A stretch of DNA of 64,000 nt, taken from a virus. How positions within the stretch are numbered: the first letter of the stretch is position 1; every line of letters starts with the position of its first letter. The DNA lies in the IMG/VR virus record IMGVR_UViG_3300040801_002948, positions 1 to 64,000 of that record. One strand, 5' to 3'. Made by a program: the position numbers and the translations under genes. This document shows positions 1 to 8,646 of the stretch, piece by piece. Under the pieces are notes generated by a model, which did not search any database, was not told where the DNA came from, and was given only the letters and a program-made list of their open reading frames with translations.

Positions 1-90
1 GGTTTTAATAGCAGCTACAAATCAAGGGCATCTTGCAACCTGCAAATAAACCAAGTAAAATTTAATGATTAACTAAACAACAATTTTGAA

Positions 91-522
91 ATGGAAAAAC
101 AGAATCTTCCTATTACAGACGTTCGGGAAATGGTTGTTTTTTTGGTAATGCTTGTCATGTTTTATGATGAAGACTTACGCGACGGCCTTGACATTCCTGA
201 AGACTTTTTCAGTGCTGCTAAGCTTTTCCGGCCCGGCACAGATGCTTTCACCGGTGCCCGCGAAATCATTCCACAGTTGCTAGATATGGACGCGGCAGAA
301 TATCAGGAATTAAAAGAAGCCATTATGGAACTGGACATTTCTGATGACGCGGCAGAAGTAATTATTCAAGTGGCATTGATTGAAGGCATTCAAATCTTTA
401 TGTCAATGAACCGTATTGTCATTACAGTAAAAGAACAGCGCAAAGCCAAGGGCGGCGAACGTGGCCAAGTTGGAAACCCGGTAAAAAAACTGCTTGAACT
501 GAAGCGGAAAAAGAACGCTTAA
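91..522 (+). CDS. hypothetical protein (143 aa)
   Basis: Only long ORF here. ATG start. Followed by the intrinsic terminator at 611-643. No recognisable motif. Confidence 0.55.
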   Translation: MEKQNLPITDVREMVVFLVMLVMFYDEDLRDGLDIPEDFFSAAKLFRPGTDAFTGAREIIPQLLDMDAAEYQELKEAIMELDISDDAAEVIIQVALIEGIQIFMSMNRIVITVKEQRKAKGGERGQVGNPVKKLLELKRKKNA

Positions 523-610
523 TTTGCGTTTAAGCGCTGAAGGTTATACCTTTAGGCTTTGCATTGACTTTTACGGGTCTATTGTATGTATTGAAATGAA
601 AGTGAATAGA

Positions 611-643
611 AGCCCGCTGACAAAAATCAGCGGGCTTTTTTTA
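611..643 (+). terminator. intrinsic terminator
   Basis: Perfect 10-bp stem AGCCCGCTGA/TCAGCGGGCT, 6-nt loop, then TTTTTTT. Confidence 0.8.
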
Positions 644-702
644 TTTGGATAATTTACATATATTGGCGGCACTTTCATTTTTCAACCCGTAAACTTTAAA
701 CA

Positions 703-1851
703 ATGCAGTACAACATTTCTGCTGACCAAGAATTCTTGATTGACTTCAGCTTGTCCCTTTCTCAAGGCGCTGTTTTGAATTACTATGTCAAATGCCCGGT
801 GTGGGCAAGATGGACTGACATGAACGGCCGCCGGTTCTACCATATCAGCCGGAACAAAGTTATATCTGAATTTCCTGCCATTAGCATGAAGCCGGACACG
901 GTTTATCGTATTAATAAAGCACTAGAAAAGGCTTGCTTGATAGTTTACAGGACAGACAATAAAAAAGACTTTATAGCCCTTTCGCCGGTTCTTGAATACT
1001 GGATGAAAAAGAAGGATGAAATTTATCTTGCGCGGCTTGATAAAATGGGCCTTGAAGCAAAGCACCTTCAGTTTGAAAAAGAAGCCTTGAATTTGTTTGC
1101 TGACAACTCGGAAAAAAATCCGAGCAAAGCAGAAGAACGGCAAGAACTCGGAAAAAAATCCGAGACAGCTCGGAAAAAAATCCGAGATAACTCGGAAAAA
1201 AATCCGACAAATAAGAACAACAGTAATAAGAACACCAATAATAAGAACAAAGAACTGTCAAGCCTTTTTGCAAAAAAGGCAGTGAATGACCCTGAATTAC
1301 GGTTAATTGAAAGGCTGAACCCAAAGAACCTAAAGCACGCGGGGCTTATTTATGACGTGACAGCGCACTTTATAGAGAAGACCGGGAAGAAGCAAACAAA
1401 GCCTTACACACAAGGCATGTTTGATAAAGTGGTTTATTGGGCAAATAGGGGCTATAGGCTTGAAGACTTCAAAAAGGTCATTGACTTCAAAGTTTGGTAC
1501 TTTACAGAAAAATTCCCCAAGCCTGAAAATATCAACCTTGTTTCCTTTATCAGGAAGGAACATTTTGAAACAAACCTTAGCAGTGCCCAAGAATGGCAAG
1601 AAAACCCAGCACAGGGCAGCACAGAAGCTGTCAAGGGCGATATTTACTATTCAAGGTTTGTCAAGTTTATAGAAAACAACTATCCGCAGTTCAACGGCAT
1701 GGTGCCAAATGCTTCAAGGTTTTTTGAAGCAATAAGGAATAATCCGTCTAAAGCTCAACAATTGCGGCGGGTTGTTAACCTTTTGGCAAAAGAAAACCAC
1801 ACGCCAAACGGACAGGATTTTATCACTTTGATGAAAAAGTTTTCCAAATAA
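703..1851 (+). CDS. putative replication initiator / replisome organizer (DnaD-type C-terminus)
   Basis: 382 aa. wHTH-like N-terminus. Central K/N/E low-complexity linker that carries the DNA iterons. C-terminal KVVYWANRGYRLEDFKKVIDFKVWYF...NLVSFIRKEHFETNL resembles the conserved phage replisome-organizer C-terminus. The TAA stop lies inside the next promoter palindrome. Confidence 0.5.
   Translation: MQYNISADQEFLIDFSLSLSQGAVLNYYVKCPVWARWTDMNGRRFYHISRNKVISEFPAISMKPDTVYRINKALEKACLIVYRTDNKKDFIALSPVLEYWMKKKDEIYLARLDKMGLEAKHLQFEKEALNLFADNSEKNPSKAEERQELGKKSETARKKIRDNSEKNPTNKNNSNKNTNNKNKELSSLFAKKAVNDPELRLIERLNPKNLKHAGLIYDVTAHFIEKTGKKQTKPYTQGMFDKVVYWANRGYRLEDFKKVIDFKVWYFTEKFPKPENINLVSFIRKEHFETNLSSAQEWQENPAQGSTEAVKGDIYYSRFVKFIENNYPQFNGMVPNASRFFEAIRNNPSKAQQLRRVVNLLAKENHTPNGQDFITLMKKFSK
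1107..1208. repeat. four 18-bp palindromic iterons CTCGGAAAAAAATCCGAG (candidate ori)
   Basis: Copies at 1107-1124, 1147-1164, 1169-1186 and 1191-1208 (last base C in copy 4). They fall in three different reading frames of the host ORF. Confidence 0.75.
1210..1249. repeat. AATAAGAACA x3 at 15-bp spacing
   Basis: Units at 1210, 1225 and 1240, directly downstream of the iterons. A-rich. Confidence 0.7.
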
Positions 1852-1909
1852 TTTGGTTTGTATTTTTTTGGGCTTATCTTTACGCCATCGTTAACAAAAA
1901 CCACACAGC
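1844..1909 (+). promoter_or_regulatory. promoter-leader element, partly decayed copy
   Basis: CCAAATAATTTGG at 1844-1856. -7-like TATCTTTA. Leader CCATCGTTAACAAAAACCACACAGC. ATG at 1910. Confidence 0.55.
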
Positions 1910-2869
1910 ATGTTTGACAAGATTTTAGCTTTAAGGAATTTAGAAGTATCAAAAAGCCCGGCGGGCTACGCTGTTTATCACAAGCACCTTGAAACCGGCG
2001 CAAGCCTTTTTGATGATTTTGTGAATTTTGTCCTTCAGTATGACAGCTTTGAGCTTGACGAAATCCGCCGCGCTTACAGAGTTGTTTTCCTGCCAATATT
2101 AAATTCCCGTGGAATAGTGCTTCATGACGATGGCTTTAAGGTTCACGACATGAGAAGCTTTAAAAGAATGGGCACTTCCAAGGCAAACGCTGTCATTTTA
2201 GCGTTTGAAATGGGCCTGTGGGCTTTAAAAGACGTTAGTTGTCAAATTTCCAAGCCGCACTTGCACAAGTCATTGTATAAATTTCTTGATGTTTTGACAG
2301 TGGAGGTTGATGAATTATCCGGGCTATTTGTTTACCGTCCTACTTATGCCGGCCTTAAATGTTATGGCAATTTACATATGTTTGCCAATGATTTTATTGA
2401 AATAGTGGACTATTTTTACCCTGACCATTCATTCAGTGAGTATCAATTTGCTGTTCGCTACCATGAGCATTTTATAAAGCACGCTGTAAGGTGCGAAGTT
2501 GTTGAGCAACCAAGCGGCAACTTTTCTATTGGCGTTCCACTTTCGACCTATTCAAAGCATGAATTTTTAGTCTTTATAGCCTTGCTTGAATTGGAGCTAT
2601 TGGATATTTCCGGAGCAGACGTTTTAAGGCCTACCAATTCAACCGCTATTTACAGGGCTATAGACACCACGACCGGGCAAGAAGTTTTTATTGCAATTGG
2701 GTCTTACATAGAAGGCTATGTTCAATATGCAAAAATTAAGTCTGAAAAAGCTATGGCCCAAAGTTCAAGTTGGCTGTCAATCACACAAAGCCGCTTTGTG
2801 CGTTCAATGACAGGGCAGGATTTTTACAAGCTTTACGCCAATTTGCAATACATAAAGCCGCTTACCTAA
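1910..2869 (+). CDS. hypothetical protein (319 aa)
   Basis: ATG directly after the conserved leader. TAATG junction with the next ORF. Confidence 0.6.
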   Translation: MFDKILALRNLEVSKSPAGYAVYHKHLETGASLFDDFVNFVLQYDSFELDEIRRAYRVVFLPILNSRGIVLHDDGFKVHDMRSFKRMGTSKANAVILAFEMGLWALKDVSCQISKPHLHKSLYKFLDVLTVEVDELSGLFVYRPTYAGLKCYGNLHMFANDFIEIVDYFYPDHSFSEYQFAVRYHEHFIKHAVRCEVVEQPSGNFSIGVPLSTYSKHEFLVFIALLELELLDISGADVLRPTNSTAIYRAIDTTTGQEVFIAIGSYIEGYVQYAKIKSEKAMAQSSSWLSITQSRFVRSMTGQDFYKLYANLQYIKPLT

Positions 2870-3417
2870 TGCAAACTATTGAAGAAACCCTTTCTGAAGC
2901 GGAAAAGGTAAATTTATTGCGTGGCATGTTCGCAGGAATTGCGGACATTCGCCACGTATATGAAGGCACCGCTTCAAAAAAGGTGTGGGAACAGGGATAT
3001 AAATATTTGTCGTTTAAGATGGGCTATAAAATAGACACGCTTGACGGCATGAGCGGCGATGAAGCGCTAAAGGCTTATGACTTGCTTTTAAACCCTGAGC
3101 CAAAAGCATACCAAATTTTACATTACAGGTTTTTCAATACTTATGTTCAGCGCAATGAAGCATGGCTGAAAGTATATGGCGAAATGTTGCCGGAACAGCT
3201 TTTAACTGAACTATTTTTTGCTTTTGACCCTGAAGAACATTTTGCTTTAGCTTATCAGCGTGCCGGGCTTCAAGTCCAAGAACGCCAAATAATTCACAAA
3301 ACATTTGACCGGGCAAAAGCACTTCCTTATATTGCGGATGGCTGGTATTTTGGGTATGCGCCAAAAGACCGGTTGAACAAGCTACCAAACCACACAGCAT
3401 GTACATTGAATTTATAG
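2869..3417 (+). CDS. hypothetical protein (182 aa)
   Basis: Start moved from the ORF-track start (2770) to the internal ATG that forms a TAATG overlap with the upstream stop. Confidence 0.5.
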   Translation: MQTIEETLSEAEKVNLLRGMFAGIADIRHVYEGTASKKVWEQGYKYLSFKMGYKIDTLDGMSGDEALKAYDLLLNPEPKAYQILHYRFFNTYVQRNEAWLKVYGEMLPEQLLTELFFAFDPEEHFALAYQRAGLQVQERQIIHKTFDRAKALPYIADGWYFGYAPKDRLNKLPNHTACTLNL

Positions 3418-5582
3418 AAAACACTTTAAAGCACACAATGAAGGTTGTGGCGCTTTCTGATATCATTCAGGCCCGGCACCGGCCTTTCCAAGCTTATAGG
3501 ACAATTTTCCCTTTTGACAAGACGGTTTTCAGCCACCTTGAAAACACGAAAAGCGAAAAAGACCCTGAAGGGAACGTGAAAGGGTTTGCCGGGAAAGTCT
3601 TTTGTGATACCGTTTTTTTTGATATTGACGGAGGTGACAGCATTGAAGACATTGAAGTTGCCCGGCAGGAAACGCGTAAGCTTGCTAATTTTTTAGCAGT
3701 CCAATGCAATGTTCAGCCTGAACACATTGAAATATACTTCAGTGGCGGCAAGGGCTTTCACCTTGCTTTGCGCGCTGAACATTTTGGCGGTTTCCCGGCA
3801 AGCGCTGGCCTTCCGTCGCAAGTGCGGGCAATGCAAAAAGAATTAAAGCAAAAGCTTGGCCTGAACCACCTTGATACGGCTATTCAGGCCCCGGTGAAGT
3901 TCATCAGGCTACCAAACAGCAGGCACCAAAAAACAGGTTTGTACAAGATCAGGCTGAAGCCGCATGAACTTTCACTTGAAGTGGAAGAAATTATGGAAAT
4001 AGCGCAAGGTCCGGTAGACTACCTTGAAACCGGCGGAAGTATTATTTTGCCTTCTGAAGAACTTGTGGCCCTAAAGGAAAGGGCTTTAACCAAGCCCGAA
4101 AACAAAAACATCATTGAAGGGGAAGACGTGCCCAAAGGTGACAGCGCGCGGTTTGATATGGCTGTAAGGCTGACTTTAAGGAAGTACAGCCATGATGACT
4201 ATTTCCAGAACAACAGAAACAACTTTATGCACCAATTGGCCGCTTGGTGCAATGACCTTGGTGTTGGTGAAAAAGGCAATGGTGAAGTTGCTTTTGATAA
4301 AATTACTGACTATTGCGTTAACGTAATAGGTGATGACCCTGATACGTGGGACGTTGCAAACGTCCAAGGCACAATTTTAGGGCTATATGAACGTGACGCT
4401 GAAAAGTGGGCAGAAAAGAAAGCTTTTGTGGCTTTCCAAAATTCCCACATGGGCAGAAGCTTCAAGAACGAAATTGAACTTATTGAAACGTGCAAAGAGT
4501 TTGCGCGGAATAGTTCTTTCAGCTTGCGGCGCATACTGTTTTTTTTGCGGCAAGTGAACAATAATTTCGATCTTTCCCTTCCTGAAGCAAAGCTTGAAGA
4601 AATTGTTGCTAATTACAGTGAACGCACTTTTGAAAGGGATGAAAACAACCTTGGCTTCACAGCCGCTGAACTTGTCCCTGAAATAGCCGAAAATGTAAGC
4701 GCGGCAATTATGGGCAAAGCGCAAAGTTGCGGCATTGCGTTAGTTGACAAGCTGGAAGGCTATAATTTCCGGGGCAAGTATTGTCAGATATTGGGCAAGC
4801 AGGGCGTTGGTAAGTCGGCGCTTCTTCTTCAGGTTGCGCGTTCAATGTGCGAAGCCGGGCACCGGGCAGTAATTTCAACAATGGAAGACAGCCGCGTTGG
4901 TTTTGGTAAACGTATCTTGAAAGGCAGCTTTCAGGCTGAACCGATTCTTGATGACAATGACATTGTGATTGGATATGAAGACACGGTTCAGCGGCTTTCT
5001 AAATACTTTGCAGACCCTGAAAAGCGGCACCGGGCCATTGAAATGGTTCAGGAAGAACTTAACGGCCTTTATGGCGATAGGATGATAATTGACGATGAAA
5101 CCAGTATGGGGGCCGATCAATACAGGGTTTTTATTGAAGCTTTGATAAAAAAATATGGCCATGTTGAAGCGCTTGGCGTTGATGGCCATAGCATGATGGC
5201 TGACCACGGACTTGGGGAAGTCCATAATGATATTAGGAACGCGGCGGGCCTGAAGAAGCTTGCAAATGAATATAAAATTGGCGTTTTTGACCTTGTTCAT
5301 GTACCAACGCCAATTTCATCAATCCGGCGCGCCCTTCATGACGTGCCAAGGTCAGGAAGTAAAGTTGCTGAACCGGCTGACCTGTTTTTTAGCCTGTCAA
5401 GGTTTGAAGCTGAAGACAGCTTGCCTGATGACCCTAAATACATTCCCAATTATATACATTTCCAGTATTACGGGAAGCGGACAACGGGCAAAACGAAGAA
5501 CTTAGTGCTTGAGGTAGACTTCAACACTATGCACGTTCAAGTTTCAGACATACCGGTTGAAGAATTTACAAACCCGTTTTAA
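3399..5582 (+). CDS. bifunctional primase-polymerase (AEP) / P-loop replicative helicase
   Basis: N-terminal prim-pol motifs FFDIDGGD, SGGKGFHL and RLPNSRH. C-terminal Walker A GKQGVGKSALLL and Walker-B-like MIIDDE. ATG preceded by AAACCACACAGC. Confidence 0.8.
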   Translation: MYIEFIENTLKHTMKVVALSDIIQARHRPFQAYRTIFPFDKTVFSHLENTKSEKDPEGNVKGFAGKVFCDTVFFDIDGGDSIEDIEVARQETRKLANFLAVQCNVQPEHIEIYFSGGKGFHLALRAEHFGGFPASAGLPSQVRAMQKELKQKLGLNHLDTAIQAPVKFIRLPNSRHQKTGLYKIRLKPHELSLEVEEIMEIAQGPVDYLETGGSIILPSEELVALKERALTKPENKNIIEGEDVPKGDSARFDMAVRLTLRKYSHDDYFQNNRNNFMHQLAAWCNDLGVGEKGNGEVAFDKITDYCVNVIGDDPDTWDVANVQGTILGLYERDAEKWAEKKAFVAFQNSHMGRSFKNEIELIETCKEFARNSSFSLRRILFFLRQVNNNFDLSLPEAKLEEIVANYSERTFERDENNLGFTAAELVPEIAENVSAAIMGKAQSCGIALVDKLEGYNFRGKYCQILGKQGVGKSALLLQVARSMCEAGHRAVISTMEDSRVGFGKRILKGSFQAEPILDDNDIVIGYEDTVQRLSKYFADPEKRHRAIEMVQEELNGLYGDRMIIDDETSMGADQYRVFIEALIKKYGHVEALGVDGHSMMADHGLGEVHNDIRNAAGLKKLANEYKIGVFDLVHVPTPISSIRRALHDVPRSGSKVAEPADLFFSLSRFEAEDSLPDDPKYIPNYIHFQYYGKRTTGKTKNLVLEVDFNTMHVQVSDIPVEEFTNPF

Positions 5583-5803
5583 TGGGCACAGAAAGCATTT
5601 ACCAAGCATACCTTAGCGGGTTATTCGATAAAAAACTAAAACCTGTCAGCGGCAATGAAAAGGTTGTTGTGGCAAAAATCTTGAATGACAGTGAAGAAGC
5701 TGTTGATATTGAATGGGCGGAAGTGCCCTATCAATCAGCGCGTTTTGAAGATTTTATAAACAGGGGCTTCAAGTGGGCCCCGTCAAAAAGTGTATTCAAA
5801 TGA
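5582..5803 (+). CDS. hypothetical protein (73 aa)
   Basis: TAATG overlap upstream and ATGA overlap downstream, suggesting translational coupling. Confidence 0.5.
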   Translation: MGTESIYQAYLSGLFDKKLKPVSGNEKVVVAKILNDSEEAVDIEWAEVPYQSARFEDFINRGFKWAPSKSVFK

Positions 5804-6162
5804 TAATTAATGAAGCGACTTTTCAGATTATTGGCAACGTTGGAACGGAACCTGAACTGAAGCAAAGCGGCAATGGCACTACCTATTGTAATTTGTTTGT
5901 GCTTGTCAATGACAGCATAAAGCAGGCAAACGGCGAATACCGGCAGGAAACAAACCCTTTTAGCCTTGTAGCTTTTGCAAAAACGGCCGAACTCATTTCT
6001 AAGCATGTAAGCAAAGGAAATAAGGTTCTTATCAGAGGCCGGATAAACCGCAAGCAAGACCAAAACAACACTTATCAGGTTAATTTTGTGGTCTTGGATT
6101 TTAGCGTAATGAGCAAGCCTTCAGGCAGCGGTTCAACGCCACCACCACCGGGCAGCTATTAA
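5800..6162 (+). CDS. ssb: single-stranded DNA-binding protein
   Basis: OB-fold SSB pattern: NEATFQIIGNVGTEPELK..., FSLVAFAKTAE, KGNKVLIRGRI. Gly/Ser/Pro-rich C-terminal tail. Confidence 0.8.
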   Translation: MIINEATFQIIGNVGTEPELKQSGNGTTYCNLFVLVNDSIKQANGEYRQETNPFSLVAFAKTAELISKHVSKGNKVLIRGRINRKQDQNNTYQVNFVVLDFSVMSKPSGSGSTPPPPGSY

Positions 6163-6174
6163 AACCAAAACACT

Positions 6175-6339
6175 ATGAAGACTTTTTGCTATTTATTATT
6201 ATTGGCTGGCATGGCTTTCCATTTTGCCGCGTCAGACGCTTCAGGTTGGGGTCAGTTGATTTTTAGCCTATTGCTCGGCCTTGGGCTTGCGTCTGGCATT
6301 TCATGGGCTTACAGGGCTTTAAAACAGCGCAATTTGTAA
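6175..6339 (+). CDS. small membrane protein (54 aa, 2 predicted TM)
   Basis: Below the ORF-track length cutoff. Translation: MKTFCYLLLLAGMAFHFAASDASGWGQLIFSLLLGLGLASGISWAYRALKQRNL. Followed by a hairpin. Confidence 0.4.
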   Translation: MKTFCYLLLLAGMAFHFAASDASGWGQLIFSLLLGLGLASGISWAYRALKQRNL

Positions 6340-6353
6340 GCACCTGAAGCAAA

Positions 6354-6386
6354 GCCGGGCTTTGCGGAACAAAGCCCGGCTTATTA
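6354..6386 (+). terminator. intrinsic terminator-like hairpin
   Basis: GCCGGGC...GCCCGGC stem followed by TTATTAT. Confidence 0.5.
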
Positions 6387-6459
6387 TCGTTTTGAAGTAG
6401 TTGGTTTATAGTGTGTTATGGGCGCTAAATGCTTGGTGTGGTGAAAAACCGCTTTACTT

Positions 6460-7188
6460 ATGGCGCTTATGACACTTGAAGAATTCAGGACTTTGGCAAA
6501 AAAGGAAAAGACTAAAACGACAAGTTACGATGACAGGTATGACTTTTCAGTTTTGCCAACTGTAAAAACAGAAGGCAAGATTATTGTTGGAATCGACCCT
6601 GACACGGTAAACGCTGGCTGTGCTGTATATGACAGCGCGGCTGATAATGTTCTTTTTTATGAACTTGTCAAACCCACTAAGATCAGGGAATTTTTGTTTG
6701 ATACCGTACAGCAGCACGGGCGGCCTAACGTTGTTGTAAAGCTTGAAGTGCCGACAATGGCAACTATTTTTGGCACGAATGAGCGTTTAAAAAGAAGCTT
6801 AACGCTTCAGCGCTTGCCTAAAGTGACGATTGAACAGCGCTGCCTTATGCACCTTTTTCATTCAGCAAGGTGCAATGAAAAGGCAAACGCCATTATCCAG
6901 CAAATGGATGAACTGGCTTTGACTTATGAATTGGTGCCTTCTGACCATAGGATGAACTTTGAAAGCAAAAAGCTGAAGCCTATGAAAGATGAAGATTTTA
7001 TGCCTACGTTAGTCAGCCGCGTTCTTGCTGGCAATAAGCGCATTTATCCAAGCAAGGTCAGCGCCGCCAAGCTGAAGCGGGCATTCCCACAAGTAAAAGT
7101 TGCCGGGGAAGAAGACCAACGTGACGCTTTAATGCTTTGTATAAAAGAAGCAATTCTTTTGAAGCTGAAGGCCCGGAACAAATTATAA
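6460..7188 (+). CDS. RuvC-like Holliday junction resolvase (putative)
   Basis: IIVGIDPDTVNAGCAVYD resembles the RuvC GIDPG motif. C-terminal EEDQRDALMLCI resembles the DxxDAL acidic motif. Confidence 0.5.
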   Translation: MALMTLEEFRTLAKKEKTKTTSYDDRYDFSVLPTVKTEGKIIVGIDPDTVNAGCAVYDSAADNVLFYELVKPTKIREFLFDTVQQHGRPNVVVKLEVPTMATIFGTNERLKRSLTLQRLPKVTIEQRCLMHLFHSARCNEKANAIIQQMDELALTYELVPSDHRMNFESKKLKPMKDEDFMPTLVSRVLAGNKRIYPSKVSAAKLKRAFPQVKVAGEEDQRDALMLCIKEAILLKLKARNKL

Positions 7189-7299
7189 AAAGATAAATGT
7201 TGCTTGCCTTTTGCAAAGGCAATATTAAACGTTTACCTTTGAAGAATCAGACCAAAGCCCGTCCGTCAGGGCGGCCTTTCATGTCTGTGTGGTTAGAAT

Positions 7300-7334
7300 G
7301 GGGCCCGGCACTGAACCGGCCCCTTCTTTTTTTT
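7300..7334 (+). terminator. intrinsic terminator
   Basis: GGGGCCCGG / CCGGCCCC stem (one bulge) followed by TTCTTTTTTTT. Confidence 0.6.
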
Positions 7335-7355
7335 ATTCACTTTATTTCAAATGAT

Positions 7356-7751
7356 ATGGCTTTTTCTTGTGGGCTTCCTGAAATTCAGTCTTTGTTAAAT
7401 TGTACGGGGCGGAAAAATCAAGCGCTTAGTTGGGTTGAACGCCATTTCCCTGAAGTTTCTGGTTTTATTGGTGAGTTGCTTTCAATTGGCGGGAGCGGTA
7501 ACGCGGAGCTTTTTGGGTCATCAGATAGCCGTGTTTTAAATTTAGCCTTTTCGTTCCCTTTAAGGGAAGATGAAAAAACGCAACGGTTTTTAAAGACAGT
7601 ACGCAATTCTAAAAATATTCAAGAACTTATTGACGAACACGGTATTAGCTGTCAATTCCACGGCGTTCTTATCTACACTGAGGGCCAAGGCTTTGATTGG
7701 CAATACCAATCTTTAGTTGAAGAAATAATTGAAAAAATAATAAGATTTTAA
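7356..7751 (+). CDS. hypothetical protein (131 aa)
   Basis: The ORF-track start (7197) would read through a terminator. The first ATG after the terminator was chosen instead. Confidence 0.45.
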   Translation: MAFSCGLPEIQSLLNCTGRKNQALSWVERHFPEVSGFIGELLSIGGSGNAELFGSSDSRVLNLAFSFPLREDEKTQRFLKTVRNSKNIQELIDEHGISCQFHGVLIYTEGQGFDWQYQSLVEEIIEKIIRF

Positions 7752-7822
7752 CCAAATAATTTGGTGTTTACAAATAAGCGCTGTATATTTGACCTATCGT
7801 TAACAACAAAACACCACACAAC
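7752..7822 (+). promoter_or_regulatory. promoter-leader element, full copy
   Basis: CCAAATAATTTGG at 7752-7764, N20, TATATTTG, leader CTATCGTTAACAACAAAACACCACACAAC, ATG at 7823. Confidence 0.7.
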
Positions 7823-8191
7823 ATGATTCACGCAACAACATCCAAAGACCTGATGGGCAGTTTTTACAGCATTTGCGGCCGGAAGCTTACAGGCGTTGCA
7901 TCGGCTACGGTACACACTTCCGAATTTGCAAAAGCTAAAGCAGACGGCCACCGCGTTTGCTCCATATGCGCTGCTAAGCTGAAAGCTAAGCAGGAAGCTA
8001 AAAAGCGCGCGCCCAAGCCTAAAGGGCCTACAGCCAAGCAGTTGAACCGCTGGCTGAAAGAAGCTAAGCAAGATGTAAAGGACTTCAACCCTGTTTGGGC
8101 TGATGGCACACCAAAAGCGCCACACATTATTGAAAACCTGAAAGAGCGGGTTTCTGAATTGGAAAAATCGCTTCAGGAACTTGAAGCGTAA
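7823..8191 (+). CDS. hypothetical protein, Cys-pair (zinc-ribbon-like) N-terminus and basic coiled-coil C-terminus
   Basis: SICGRK...HRVCSICAAK, then a K-rich helix. Flanked by its own promoter and terminator. Confidence 0.6.
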   Translation: MIHATTSKDLMGSFYSICGRKLTGVASATVHTSEFAKAKADGHRVCSICAAKLKAKQEAKKRAPKPKGPTAKQLNRWLKEAKQDVKDFNPVWADGTPKAPHIIENLKERVSELEKSLQELEA

Positions 8192-8197
8192 GAAGGT

Positions 8198-8234
8198 GCC
8201 GGGCAAGTTTAAATGAACTGCTTGCCCGGCTTTT
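8198..8234 (+). terminator. intrinsic terminator
   Basis: GCCGGGCAAG / CTTGCCCGGC 10-bp stem followed by TTTT. Confidence 0.75.
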
Positions 8235-8256
8235 CAAAAAAACTTTAAAACAATAC

Positions 8257-8325
8257 CCAAATAATTTGGACGGCAATATAAAGCGCCGTATATTTGAACC
8301 ATCGTTAACAGCAAAACCACACAAC
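8257..8325 (+). promoter_or_regulatory. promoter-leader element, full copy
   Basis: CCAAATAATTTGG at 8257-8269, TATATTTG, AACCATCGTTAACAGCAAAACCACACAAC, ATG at 8326. Confidence 0.7.
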
Positions 8326-8646
8326 ATGAATTACAAAGGAACAAAGCTTACAAAACTTGCAATCACAATTGGCAATATCTTGCGCGGCAAAAAGTACGGC
8401 AAGATTGAAGCAAGCCTTGCTTTGCGCCTTGGTTACGAATATGCAGAACAGATTATTGCTGAAGGCCTTGAATACAAAGTTGTGAGGTTTTACAGCAAGT
8501 CAGAAAAGCGGAATGTTTCAAAGGTGGTTTTGATGCTGCCAACTAATAACCGGGATTTTCAAAACTATGAAGACTTGATTTTGAGAATACGCGGGGCAAA
8601 TTCATTCCGCCGGTACAAAACGTGCCTGTTAAAAAAAGTGTCATAA
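8326..8646 (+). CDS. hypothetical protein (106 aa)
   Basis: The start was set at the ATG following the leader. The ORF-track N-terminal extension from 8266 is a translation of the promoter element. Confidence 0.6.
   Translation: MNYKGTKLTKLAITIGNILRGKKYGKIEASLALRLGYEYAEQIIAEGLEYKVVRFYSKSEKRNVSKVVLMLPTNNRDFQNYEDLILRIRGANSFRRYKTCLLKKVS

Noticed and set aside
971-1324. Minus- and plus-strand small ORFs overlap the iteron region (971-1324, 1068-1250, 1097-1285).
   Set aside because: They are artefacts of the A-rich palindromic repeats, which are open in several frames. They are nested in the 703-1851 gene.
8266-8325. A recurrent peptide ..IFEPSLT(A/T)KPH.. appears at the N-terminus of several track ORFs (8266, 15352, 27586, 28861, 35405, and 42834 on the minus strand). 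It could be read as a conserved N-terminal domain or a uORF.
   Set aside because: It is the in-frame translation of the conserved promoter/leader DNA (TATATTTGAACCATCGTTAACA..). The frame differs between copies, several of these starts are TTG/GTG or lie upstream of the predicted TSS, and a canonical ATG with the AAACCACACA context follows each time.
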